From Octopus sinensis (taxonomy: Eukaryota), in contig NC_043002.1 in the NCBI RefSeq assembly GCF_006345805.1, positions 55,614,001 through 55,678,000 of the forward strand: DNA of 64,000 nucleotides. The letters are read 5' to 3'. Position 1 is the stretch's first letter. Every line of letters starts with the position of its first letter. Positions 12,321 through 24,510 of the stretch are shown here, piece after piece. The notes under the pieces are model-generated. The model was not told where the DNA came from. It saw only the letters and a program-made list of their open reading frames with translations, and made no database searches. Position numbers and translations under genes: made by a program.

Positions 12321-13689
12321 AACATGTAAAAGCTTTGTTGTGTTAAGTACTAGTTGTCACGAAATATTACAATACATATATACATTCTTTGATAATAATA
12401 AGAACATGTTAAAAACAGTTTACAAGGAAAAATCTTGGGAAAATATTAAAAAGTTCATTAAAATATTAGGCACAAAAAATTACAATACGTATATACATTC
12501 TTTGATAATAATAAGAAAATGTTAAAAGCAGTTTACAGAAAAAAATCTTGTGTATCCGTGGAATCGAATCACCGCCATACTTTCACCTGATTCTGCTTCT
12601 ACAACCTGACTGTCGGCAAATTATGCAAGTCAACACAAGCTAACCGCTTCGATATATCAACATTCCTCACCACACAGCGGAATTCCTCTCTATCTAAACC
12701 CACACAACACACACACACAAACATAGACCTTCAAGATATTGTGAAAGGAACGCTGTCTTTCTTTCCTTTCTATTTTACTCTACCTAACCATCACGTTTGT
12801 TATCTCTTTCTAAAGTAACAATAAACATTTAATGAAGAACTGATTTCGGCTCAAGTTCCTTTCATCACCTCTGACTTATCCTCTTATTGTTACAGCTTTG
12901 TCCAATATTTCTACAACACTACAATTCTATATATCATTGGCAGTGAGATTTGGCTGGTATACAGCGAACGGACAGCTGTCACTGAAGAAAAATAATACGT
13001 CGAAATCATGTGATCTGGCAGTTCCGACACCCGTAGCAGACGATTATGGCCTACCAACAGTATAAATAAGTGTGATTTTAAGTATCATGTGTCCATATGA
13101 GAAGACCTCTAAAGGCGAACATCGCAATATTCAGCAATATAACAAAACATCCGCGTTAAGTTGAACATGAAGATTGCTTTTTGGTACTAACACTGCTTCT
13201 GACGCTAATAATTATTTTTCAATAAATATGTTGTGTTAAAGAATCAGACGAAGAGAGAATATGAGAAGCTTTTGGCTCCTGCCAAACGTATGCAAACAGA
13301 GTGTAATTATCTGGTAGTCTGTTCTAAACTCCTTCTAACGTCAAATGACATATTTTATTGTTACTTAAAACAGACCCTCTATTTCTTAGTTGACTGAATT
13401 TATCATGTGCAATGTGGCTGAATGGTTTGGAAGTTCGCTTCGCAACCGTGAAGTATTGAGTTCGATCTCACTGCGCGACATTTTGGTCAAATACAGTTTT
13501 TGTACTCTCAGCCTGGTCCATACTTTGTGGATAAAACTGGACAGAGAGAAACAGTAGTGGCAACCTGTAATACAAAATGTACAAGTTTGTAACGCTGTGT
13601 CCCTGATTCTACCTGAGAATTACGTTAAAGATATACCAATTTCTATGGAATACTCAACCATTTAAATCTTCATTTTGTGCCTTTTATCT

Positions 13690-14100
13690 TTTACATGTTT
13701 CAGTCTTTAAACTACAACCATGAACGAGCACCACCTTAAAGAATGAATTGATCCCAGTACTTTTTCATCTTAAGCCTACCACTTATTCTATCGAACTCTT
13801 TTGCCGAACTGCTAAGTTACGAGAACGCAAACTCACCAACACCGGTTATCAAGCAGTGGTGAGGAACAAACACTAACACAGAAAGACACACACACTCACA
13901 CTCACGCATACATATACACATACACACACACATACGACGGGCTTCTTTCAGTTTCCGTCTACCAAATCCACTCACAAGGCTTTATTCGGTCCGTGACTAT
14001 AGTAGAAGACACTTGCCCAAGGTGCCTCGCAGTAGGACTGAACTCGGAGCTGTGTTGTTGGGAAGCAAATTTCCTACTACACAGATACGCCTGCGCCTGC
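13690..14100 (-). mobile_element. SINE family B full copy with internal (CA)n
   Basis: Reverse complement of head ..GCACCTTGGGCAAGTGTCTTCTACTATAG..GTAGACGGAAACTGAAAGAAGCCCGTCG and of the tail. Confidence 0.82.
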
Positions 14101-16689
14101 CATACACAAAGTATTCCGCTCCTTGCCGCCACCTTAATTACTTTTTTTTAACAGTTACTCTCACAGTCCTAATGTTTTCCAGACACGTGACATTTAACCG
14201 AGATTTTTATCGCAATTTAGAGAATAGGGTTTTCCATGTCGGTTTTATTAATTAGGTTATTAGTCCATATCTCTTGCAATTAGATGACAAGAGTATGGCC
14301 CTTCAAATTTTGACGTAATGATTATGAGTCGTCCTTTAGGGATTTTACCTCTTAGTGTTTCTCAAGTTTCCAGGAAACAATCAATTCGTTATATTTTGTT
14401 GGTTTACCGATGTTGAATCATATTTGTCCGGAATTTTTGTGGTCGCGTGTGGCATCTTCAGAAATTTAGTGATTCATGAGTAGTCCACTCTTCACATCTA
14501 CGCTGATAGCAACCTTCTTTTTGAACCACATCAAGTAAATATATTTGGGTTTTTTGTTTTGTTTTGTTTTGGGCCGGTAATGGCTAGCAGATATTATTTG
14601 AGGAATACACATAATACTTAGAGACAGTAAAATGTTTTTATATTTAGAGATAAATTTCATTATTTCGGCGGAAACGTCTACTTCATGTTAGGATATCGTT
14701 GGTTTTATGAACGAAACGGATTTCCTTTATAGTACAATAAAACATAAAATGTTAGCACTATTACCGGTACTAGAAATTCGCTATGACATAGTTTAATTAT
14801 AATTCAATATATTATGATGTGTAATACAATATAATATAACATTATTTTAATAAGAGGATGTCATATTTCTTAAGACCCTTCAGTGAAACATTTTTGTTAA
14901 TACATAGGAATGTGTAACATATATTCTGTGTAGAGGAGAAAGACCATTAATGTGAATGTGTTTTGTTTGAAAGTAGTTTACTCGCGTTCAACAAATACAT
15001 ATTGACATTTCTTTTGACCGAATTCCATTCCTAACTCAGTTCATCTAGTTTCATAATCCCAAATTGCGTTGCATTGATAAGCTCCAATAAGAACGAAATA
15101 ACATTATCTGCAGCTACTAAGGACATCCAAAATGAATAAAAAATAAATTATATGGAAATACTCTTTCATACGTTCTCTCATTCATAGGAAAATGACATCG
15201 CATTATAATAAAGCAAAAAAAAGCCCTGAGCGTCTCTCCCCTTGAGTAAATTTCTCCATCTCTTCAATTTCTTAGCAAACTCTCTTTCTTTCCGCCTCTT
15301 ACTCCGAAAACAACCGTAGAGACAGCACTAACAGTTGCCAGTCAAATTTCACACGTGTGTGTTAAACGATGATCGAATTCTGAATGCTACACACAAAACT
15401 GGTGGCAATGTGCCATGATGAGATGAAACATATTAGAAACTGATCCTTAGCCATCCCAACGTGATACACAGCATAAAATACGACCAGAGATCCCAGAGAC
15501 AAGAGATCAGAGAACTCGAGACAATTTTTATATATTTTGTGGGTGCTTACATCAGATCACACGGCTATGTTGAGTAGAAGTTGCTTGATTCATCTTCACG
15601 CGTTATATATTCCTATCAAAATAACGCTAAATTATTGAGTAAGAGGATTTCCCCTTACCGGTAGAAAAGATAAAAAGGAAGAGATACGGTAGATTTAGGC
15701 TGATTTGGGTCGACATAATTGTAAGACAAAATGTTTGAACATAGAAACCTGAACGGCCCTCTACGCCTGAAGATGTGCAACTGATGCAGATTACGACCTG
15801 TCGATTGGTCATCGGCGATGAAACCACCACCTCCACCTGGATAGCCTGCTGAGGAATTTTACTAGAGACCCGGCAGAACAAAAAGCAAAAAACAAGACCT
15901 ACCAAAAAGGACAGGTGAACACAGAGTAGGGTCTACAATTATCTAACTGTAGTGCAGGGTGGTGAACATAGAAATTTGTGTCGCCACAGAACCACCCGGG
16001 ATTATGAATGGGTGCACTGCAAGACCACGTTAAAAGTAATGGATACTTTAGTTCTTGCCAGAAAAATATGTGTAGAAGAAGGATATGGGAATATATGTTG
16101 TGCGGTTCATCCAGTTTCTGGTGAGGCAAAACCAATCTGCAGCCCCGGGTAGAAAAGTTGGTCCATTTATGAAGAGATTTGAGTTCTGTGCACACATTAT
16201 TCATTACCACATTCTGGGTGTGTTTTTTCTTCTTTTCTTTCAATCTATAAATAACTGTCTGAAAAAAGAAAACGGGATGGCCATAAGTGGAATCTACTTT
16301 AGGAAAGCCAGCATGATCAAAGCAGACCTAGAATTTAACAAAAACAAAAAAATCATATGTCTCACTTTGGCAATCGGGTGGCTAAGCTAGTCATTACCCA
16401 ATTACACTGTCACTTGAATATCTGTTGGACACTTGCCCTTAAGTCAAATTGTCTGACTCCCAAATGACTCTTCTTATAGTCTGTGTTCCAATTGACTCTG
16501 TCCTTCTTAATTGTCTTCACATATGGCTATTTTCTAGTTTCCTGTCCCCCATTTGCTTGTCCCTTGCTTGCCTATTTCCTAGTTGCCAGTTTCCGCATCT
16601 AGCTGTCTCCCAGTTGGCTGTCCCCCAATTGTTCTCCCTACCATTACTGCATACTTTTCTTTAAACACCATCTCTGCTCTCCCATGATA

Positions 16690-16938
16690 TACCAAAATCA
16701 ATTCAATGTTTGATTCTGATATCTCACGGGAATATATTTTCCCTTCTAGTTCTATATTTAAGAGATGAGGAATTATGTACATCATTTACATTATTTACAT
16801 TATTTACATTTGATGGATATTTGTCCTCATCTTGTTTGTCGTTAACACAACGTTTCGGTTGATATACCCTCCAGCCTTCATCAGGTGTCTTGGGGAAATT
16901 TCGAATCTGGGTTCTCATTCCTAAGGTATTTTTCGATG

Positions 16939-16996
<58 letters not shown>

Positions 16997-17028
16997 CATC
17001 ATTATTATTATTATTATTATTATTATCA

Positions 17029-17064
<36 letters not shown>

Positions 17065-17110
17065 TCACTGCTTGGAATCTTGGGGTTAGTAGCCGCTACA
17101 CCATATGAGG
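16690..17110 (-). mobile_element. Short SINE-like or PLE-derived non-autonomous element: degenerate tRNA-like head, (TAA)n, hammerhead, AT-rich tail
   Basis: Minus strand CATATGGTGTAGCGG (A-box-like)..CAGTGACCTG-(AAT)n-..CTGATGA..GAAAC..(TGTAAATAA)n; B-box not evident in this copy. Confidence 0.6.
16844..16889 (-). ncRNA. Minimal type-I hammerhead ribozyme, canonical core
   Basis: GACAC-CTGATGA-A-GGCTGG(AGGGTATA)TCAACC-GAAA-CG-TT-GTGTT; 5-bp stem I, palindromic AACGTT stem III. Confidence 0.72.
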
Positions 17111-17551
17111 ATAAATCTCCGTTAAATGTCAATAATTTTCCCTTTAATTTCTTTTTTTTTTTTTCATCCTGCACCTCCTGACTATATTCAGCAGTTTCCC
17201 TCATACACTCTGCCAAATGTAAATTAAAAACTGAATGTTGTTGAAGATCGTCTGTTCATTGTAAAATTTATTGTGACGCTGTTAACACAATAATGAACTG
17301 TTCTCTCATGTCCTTATAAAGTAAATACATGGTAATGAGCTCTAAAATAGTCTACATTGACAACATTTGTTAAACAAGGCGTATTTCTATGGTTTACACA
17401 ATGATTTGATCCATTAACGGGGCGAAATAACAAATTAGAACACTATTTATAGATTTTAAGAGTAGCTCTGTTTTTTTTTTGTTTTGTTTTTTCCTCGAGG
17501 ACTGGCACTCAAGGGGCCGGTTACTTGGTTTCCGTGACATGTAAGGGACTG

Positions 17552-17665
17552 GAAGAAGAAGAAGAAGAAGAAGAAGAAGAAGAAGAAGAAGAAGAAGAAG
17601 AAGAAGAAGAAGAAGAAGAAGAAGAAGAAGAAGAAGAAGAAGAAGAAGAAGAAGAAGAAGAAGAA
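17552..17665 (+). repeat. (GAA)38 trinucleotide repeat
   Basis: Uninterrupted GAA run. Confidence 0.95.
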
Positions 17666-17998
17666 AATTAACAGAGTGGTTACGGGAGGAGTTATACAAA
17701 TGAGAAATTTAATTCAATTTTATCTGAAGTATTAAAAAATATTTTTGTTTTAAAAATTAATATAGAGGCAAAGGCCTGGCTATGTGCTAAGAAGTATACT
17801 TCCAAACTCTCGGCGTTGGAGATGGCGGGGATGTATCTCCTCACCAGTGATATAAACAAGTGTACTTTTTGCACCAAAAAGCCAATATGATAGTTTCTCT
17901 CGAGGTATCTGCCACAGTATAGTTTGTTCTAACAGAACTCCCACGTTTGAGTGGTGATAAATATTACCTCTCGATATTAATTCTGCCTCTGTCACTAA

Positions 17999-18024
<26 letters not shown>

Positions 18025-18031
<7 letters not shown>

Positions 18032-18352
18032 ATTAGAGACAAAACCACTATTAGGCAAATCAAACAATGAAAGACTTAAGCCAATACATATGATTAATTT
18101 ATATTATTTAAATATGTAACAATTATTAAAAAATATAATTAATATATTTTTTATATTTTTTAATTATATTTTTAATAATTGTTACATATTAAATAATATA
18201 AATTAATCATATGTATTCGCTTAAGTCTTTCATTGTTTGATTTGCCTAATAGTGGTTTCGTCTCTAATTAATATATATAATATTTTACTATAAAATTGGA
18301 TTCAATCCTAAATCTGATTTTTCCCTGTAAGTTTGGATTTATTCCCTAATAT
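18025..18352. mobile_element. Fold-back (about 120-bp arms, 18025-18274) plus unique tail; same family as 35535-35950
   Basis: ATTAGAGACAAAACCACTATTAGGCAAATCAAACAATG.. mirrored by ..CATTGTTTGATTTGCCTAATAGTGGTTTCGTCTCTAAT. Confidence 0.85.
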
Positions 18353-18353
18353 T

Positions 18354-18415
<62 letters not shown>

Positions 18416-18457
18416 GCCTAATCGCGACAGCAACACCTGTTCTGGCTCTATTTTTAT

Positions 18458-18524
<67 letters not shown>

Positions 18525-18533
18525 TATTATATA

Positions 18534-18583
<50 letters not shown>

Positions 18584-18619
18584 TTATATATATATATATA
18601 TATATATTATATTATTTAT

Positions 18620-18680
<61 letters not shown>

Positions 18681-18685
<5 letters not shown>

Positions 18686-18945
18686 GTTGTATACTGTCAA
18701 TTTAATGTGACAGTAGGGTATTACACCATCGCTGTTTATCCCTAGAAGCATCGAACGCTTCCTGTCGGCTTTGACACACATTTACTGTGTCCTTATATAT
18801 ATTTACGAATGGGAGACAAATACCCCCAAACAGCTATAAGGACACAGTAAATGTGTCAAAGCCGACAGGAAGCGTTCGATGCTTCCTAGGGCTAAACAGC
18901 GGTGGTGTAATCCCCTACTGTCACGTTAATATACAACTATTATAT
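18681..18945. mobile_element. Fold-back MITE-like element in (TA)n
   Basis: Arms about 18681-18797 and 18835-18945 nearly perfectly complementary, with a spacer of about 38 nt. Confidence 0.78.
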
Positions 18946-19027
18946 CGCCCCACCACCGTACATATCTCTATCAGATATTAGAAATGTAATATATATATAT
19001 TTATTATATATTTATTATATATATATA

Positions 19028-19073
<46 letters not shown>

Positions 19074-19643
19074 TATTATTTATATATATATATAGATATA
19101 TATATATATATAATATATATATATATATATAGTTAATCCAAACATGAACAAGTATAGTGTTATTGGACGCTCAGGAAAGGAAAGATATGTGTGTGTGTGT
19201 GTGTATCGCTGCGAGAGATGAGTCGCTGCTATCTCTAGCAGTCGAGCGTTCGTCTTTGACGAGACCAGCGATATAAACAAATGTGCATTTTGCGCCAAAA
19301 AGCCAATATAAGTGTCTCTCTCGTGTTGTTTATCGCAGTAAAGTTTGTTCTAACGGAATAAATTTTACCCCTATAATTTGCAGTAATGGTTAAACTATGC
19401 GTCACTTATGAGGTGCTATAAGAGCAAAACATGTCCATAGTATTCACCCCACTGTAACTCCTCGTTATATCCTATTTGTAATTATCTCAAGTGAATCATC
19501 ATACCAATAATAAAGACACGGTTCAATTTAACTTCTTTACCTAAAACTAAGATACAAACGTTGAATAGTGAGGGCATGTCATGAGGTCCCAAATGGTGAT
19601 GATGAAAGGACTTTGACAAACACATCTAATTGCTTGATTAAAC

Positions 19644-20072
19644 CAGGGCTTCTCAACTATTTTTTAAACTTTGGACCCCTTTGATTACTATTTTACAGCC
19701 ATTCGATGTTTAAAAACTTTCAAATTCGTATTTTGTATTTCACACATTCCCTGATGTAGGTTTGCAAAAGTACTCTCTGAGAGAACATGCTTCTTTCAAA
19801 TTCGTATTTTGTATTTCACACATTCCCTGATGTAGGTTTGCAAAAGTACTCTCTGAGAGAACATGTTTCTTTGGCCGGAAACATGTTTAACTATGTAAAG
19901 CGTTAGAGAAAGAAACCTAATTGTTTCTCGCAATAAATATATCTAAAGCAAAATTTTTCGTGGACCCCTAAAATAATACCGTAAATTTTCAATTAACTAT
20001 GTTACTTGCTTGACCCCAAAAAATCTTATATAGAACCCCTGGAGTCATATGAGCTCCAGTCGAGAACCACTG
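19644..20072. mobile_element. hAT-type MITE with internal 2 x 76-bp duplication
   Basis: TIRs CAGGGCTTCTCAACT / AGTCGAGAACCACTG; 8-bp flanks GATTAAAC / GGTTAAGC (6/8); duplication 19718-19872. Confidence 0.72.
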
Positions 20073-20519
20073 GGTTAAGCAGATGATTAATCAAACAAAT
20101 GATTAGATAGTTGGTTAAATAGCTAGAAGTGAAGCAGAACCAGTGCGTGTGTATATTATAGACATAATGACCATCGCAAGGTATATCAAAATTTGTTTCA
20201 GTACATGAGCCCACATCAAGAATTTTGCAAATCAAAGACTTATTAAAATATTTTCAAATAATTTTCAATAAAATGTCAATTTCGGAAGTGATGTCCCCTG
20301 CTTTCCTGACCTTAATTAGTCACTGATCTAATGACTGGTTCTACTCATAGTTTTAGTTAATTAATTTTAATCACAGTCTAATTCACAGTTCTATGGAAAT
20401 GAAAATTTCCCTTCTTTATGTTTTGTGAGTGCAGACGATCAAGGCAGAAGATAATTACTGACATGGCAATTACAACATCATTAACCTCAAATCCAGCATG
20501 AGAGCTGTCTCACAAAAAT

Positions 20520-21295
20520 AGACTGGTGTGGCTGAGTGGTAAGAGGCCTGCTTCCCAACCACATGGTTCCAGGTTCAGTTCCTCTGCATGGCACCTTGGG
20601 CAAGTGTCTTCTGCTATAGTCTCAGGCAGTCCAAAACCTTTGGTAGACGGAAACTGAAAGAAGGCCGTCGTGTATGTGCACGTGTGTATGTGTCTGTGTG
20701 TATATGTGTGTATGTGTGTGTGTAAGTATGTGTGCGTGTCTGTATGTGTATGTGTGTGTAAGTATGTGTGTGTAAGCATGTGTGTGTATGTATGTGTCTG
20801 TGTGTGTAAGTATGTGTGTGTGTATGTGTGAAAGCATGTGTGTGTGTGTTTGTGTGTTTGTGTGCATATGTTTGTGTGTATGTATGTGTGTATGTGTGTG
20901 TATGAATGTGTATATGTGTGTGTCTGTGTATGTATGTGTGTGTAAGTACGTGTGTGTAAGTATATATGTGTATCTTTGTGTGTGTGTGTGTAAGTAAGTA
21001 CGTGTGTGTAAGTATATATGTGTATCTTTGTGTGTGTGATTGTTTGTGTGTGTGTGTGTATGTGTGTGTGTGTGTGTGTGTCTTTGAGTCTGTGTTTGCT
21101 CCCCACTACTGCTTGATAACCAGTGTTAGTGTGTTTAAAATGAACTTAGCGGTTCAGCATAAGTAACCGAAAGAATAAGCACTAGGCTTTAAAAATGTAA
21201 GTACTAGGAGGTCGATCGAGTCGACTACAAGAAAAAGTCTTCTGGGCGGTGACCCAGCATGGCCGCAGTCTGAAACAAGTAGACAAGTAAACGAT
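20520..21295 (+). mobile_element. SINE family B full copy with an internal GT/GTAT array of about 430 bp
   Basis: Head GTGGCTGAGTGGTAAGAGGCCTGCTTCCCAACCACATGGTTCCAGGTTCAG, CORE-like GGCACCTTGGGCAAGTGTCTT, tail to CCAGCATGGCCGCAG. Confidence 0.85.
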
Positions 21296-21532
21296 AAATG
21301 ATATCTCGTTTTATCTATTATCTTTTACATATTTAAGTCATTAGACGGCGGCCATACTGGAGCACCGCCTTGTAATTTTAGTTGAATGAATCGACCCCCA
21401 GCACTTATTTTGTAAACCTGGTACATATTTTGTCAGGTTTTGCGCTGAACCGCTAATTTACGGGGAGGTGAACAAACCAACATCGGTTGTCAAGCAATGT
21501 TGGGGGACAAACACAGACACAGAAATGCATGT

Positions 21533-21585
<53 letters not shown>

Positions 21586-21599
21586 ATAATATAAATAAT

Positions 21600-21681
<82 letters not shown>

Positions 21682-21686
21682 GATAG
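21600..21686. repeat. (GATA)n microsatellite (others at about 28511-28568 and 44353-44422)
   Basis: Direct observation. Confidence 0.9.
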
Positions 21687-21722
21687 ATGCATATATACAT
21701 ATATGTACATACATATATTGTG

Positions 21723-21744
<22 letters not shown>

Positions 21745-21763
<19 letters not shown>

Positions 21764-22030
21764 TATATCGGTACAGAACGTCACAAAGCGTAAACAACAT
21801 GAAATACGAAGACAAAGTTTTTTTCGCGAACAACGAGAGAAACAAATGGAAAACAAGACAGGTAACATAAAAAAAACGCCTCTTCATCAGTTGTCGGCTG
21901 TTTATCTACTCCACATTTCGAGCAATTCACGACAATATGTACCTTCGGGAAAACAGTTGCTCCCGCGAACCAAAATAAAATTTGGGATTTGCGGAGGGTC
22001 AAAGTTGGTAACAAAAACAGGACAGATATA
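21745..22030. repeat. Unclassified dispersed repeat; inverted relative at about 57300-57500
   Basis: GTACAGAACGTCACAAAGCGTAAACAACATGAAATAC..CTACTCCACATTTCGAGCAATTCACGAC matches the reverse complement of 57300-57500. Confidence 0.65.
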
Positions 22031-22084
22031 TATGAATATAATATATGATATATGATATATATATTATATATATATATAGATATA

Positions 22085-22294
<210 letters not shown>

Positions 22295-22322
22295 TATATA
22301 TATTATATATATATATATATAT

Positions 22323-22361
<39 letters not shown>

Positions 22362-22367
<6 letters not shown>

Positions 22368-24510
22368 AATCCAATCGGGAAACAAAAAACAACAACAATG
22401 GAACAATTACAGTATTATTATAATAGGCGCTCAGGAAAAGGAAGCAGGGAGGTATGACGTTTCGAGCGGAGCTCTTCGTCGGAAACATAAAGAAGGAAGA
22501 GAGAGGAAAGAAAGATCCCAGAGCGGGCAACAGGGAAAGAGAAAAAGACGACTGGTGTTTACGAGTTGCACATGGTGAAGGCGGATGTTTACGAAAACAG
22601 AGCAAAGTGGGTTTTTAAAGGCAAAGAGTGGAGACAAGGTTGGTAACGCAACAGATGTGTGTGTATGTGTGAGTGTGTGCGTGTGCGTGTGTGTGTATGT
22701 GTGTGTGTGAGGCGAGATGAAAAAACAAAAAAAATTATATGTGTGTGTTAGTGTGTGCGTCTGTGTGTAGGTGTGTGAGGTAGGGCGAGACAGTGGTCAG
22801 CTTAGCAGACAAAGGTCAGTAGTAGAAAGAAAAAGAAGGAGGAAGGGGGAAGGGAGGGAGGGGGAAGGGTGGGGCGTATGTAGCGTGCCAGCGTTTGTTG
22901 AGTAGTAGTGTGTGTGTGTGTCCAGAGTCGTGGTGGTATAAATGGCGAGTAGATTGAATGTGTGTAAGAGTAATGTATATATTTAAGCAATGTGTGTATA
23001 TGTGTGTGCGCGTGTGGTAACGAAAAAGGGGGGGGGGGGGTTAAGGAAAAAGGACTCCAGCTGAGGGGAAGATGGAAGAGTGGTCCCGCGGAGGAGGGCG
23101 TGGGAAAACCCAACGACACGCGACGGTCCCAGGAACGGGCGGGAGGTCTTGTCGGTTCCAAGAGCGAGGTGCCTGCGGAGCGTATGCGTACGCGAACCGG
23201 CGCAAGCGCGTGCGTGCGCGAGCCTGCGAGTATGTGCGTAAGTATGTATGTGTGTGGATGTGTGAGTGTGTCTGTGTGTATCCGGGTGGCAGTGTGTCCG
23301 ATGAATGTATGTGAGTATGTGTGTATGTATGTGTGTGCATAGATGTATGTCTGTGTGTGTGTGGTGTGTGTATGTGTGTGAGTGTGTATGTATGTACGTG
23401 TGGGTGTGGGGAAGTGTGTGTATGTGCATGTGTGTGCGCGTACATACAGGTGTGTGAGTGAGTGTGTGTGTGTGTATGTATGTGTGAGTGTGTATGTATG
23501 TGTGTGTAGGATGCATGTATGTGTATGGGTGTATGTATGCGTGTGTGTATGTATGTATGTGTACGTGCGTGTGTGGTGTGTATGCGAGTAGGTGTGCGCG
23601 TGTGCATGCATGCATGCATGCATGTGCGTATGTGTGTGTGTGTGTGCATGTGTGGGGTATATATGTATGTGCGTATATGTGTGTGTGTGGTGCGTACATG
23701 TGTGTGTGTGTGTATGCATGTGGTGTATGTAGGTGGTGGGCGTGTGTGTATAGGTGTATGTATGTAAGTATGTATGGGTGTGTCCGTGTATGTGTGTGTA
23801 TGTATGTGCGTGTATGTAGGTGTGTGGGCCGTGTGTATATGTGTGTGTATGTAGGTGTGGTGGGCGTGTGTATATAGGTGTATGTGTGTATGTCTGGGTG
23901 TGTCCGTGCATGTTTGTGTGGTGTGTGTATGCATGTGTATGTAGGTGTGTGTGTACGTGTGTAATGTATGTGTGTATGCGTGTGTATGTGTGGGTGTGTG
24001 TATGTAGGTGCGTGGTGTATGTGTGTGGGAGTGTGGGTGTGTGTGCGTGTGCGTGTGCGTGTTTATGTTGGTGTGTGCGTATGTGAGTGTGAGTGTATGG
24101 GTGTTTGTCATGCATGTGTGTGCGCGTGCAGGTGAGTGTGTGTGTAAGTATGTGTGTGTGTATGTTTGTGTGAGTGTGTATGTGTGTATGTCTGTGTGTA
24201 TGTATGTGCGTATAGGAGTATGTGGGTATGTGTGTGTGTATGTATGTGTGTGTGCATGTGTATAAGTATAGGTGTGTGTGCGTATGTGTGTATATGTGTA
24301 TGTGTGTGTGTTTATGTATGTGTGTATGTATGTGTGTAGGCGTGTGTGTGTAGATGTATGTATGGGTGTGTGACCGTGTGTGTTTGTGTGTGTGTGTAGG
24401 TAGATGTGTGTGTCTGAGTGAGGGTATGGCTGTGTAGGTGTGTGTGTGTATGAATGTAAGTGTGTGTGTATACAAGTGTAATGTATGTATGTAGGTGTGT
24501 GTGTGTGTAT
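22362..24510 (-). mobile_element. 5'-truncated second copy of the PLE 3' region at 31390-33540 (pseudo-LTR with HHR variant, GC island, CA-rich array)
   Basis: Colinear near-identity with 31390-33540, including the irregular microsatellite pattern; outer flanks differ. Confidence 0.8.
22452..22488 (-). ncRNA. Hammerhead-like motif with CCGACGA core (copy at 31481-31515)
   Basis: GTTT-CCGACGA-A-GAGC(TCC)GCTC-GAAA-CG-TC-ATAC. Confidence 0.5.

Noticed and set aside
12890-13075. Possible terminal exon after TTGTTACAG acceptor
   Set aside because: No recognisable protein similarity and no partner exon
15627-16250. Transposase or host CDS in short overlapping ORFs
   Set aside because: All frames interrupted and no motif could be confidently assigned
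19745-19890. Intact hammerhead in the hAT MITE insert
   Set aside because: Core is CTGATGT and stem I does not close; kept only as a possible relic
21800-21900. Hammerhead around minus-strand GACAA-CTGATGA
   Set aside because: No proper stem II closure or GAAA..UH geometry; the related copy at 57340 lacks the core
23045-23230. rRNA or organellar insert as the source of the GC island
   Set aside because: No recognisable rRNA conserved blocks
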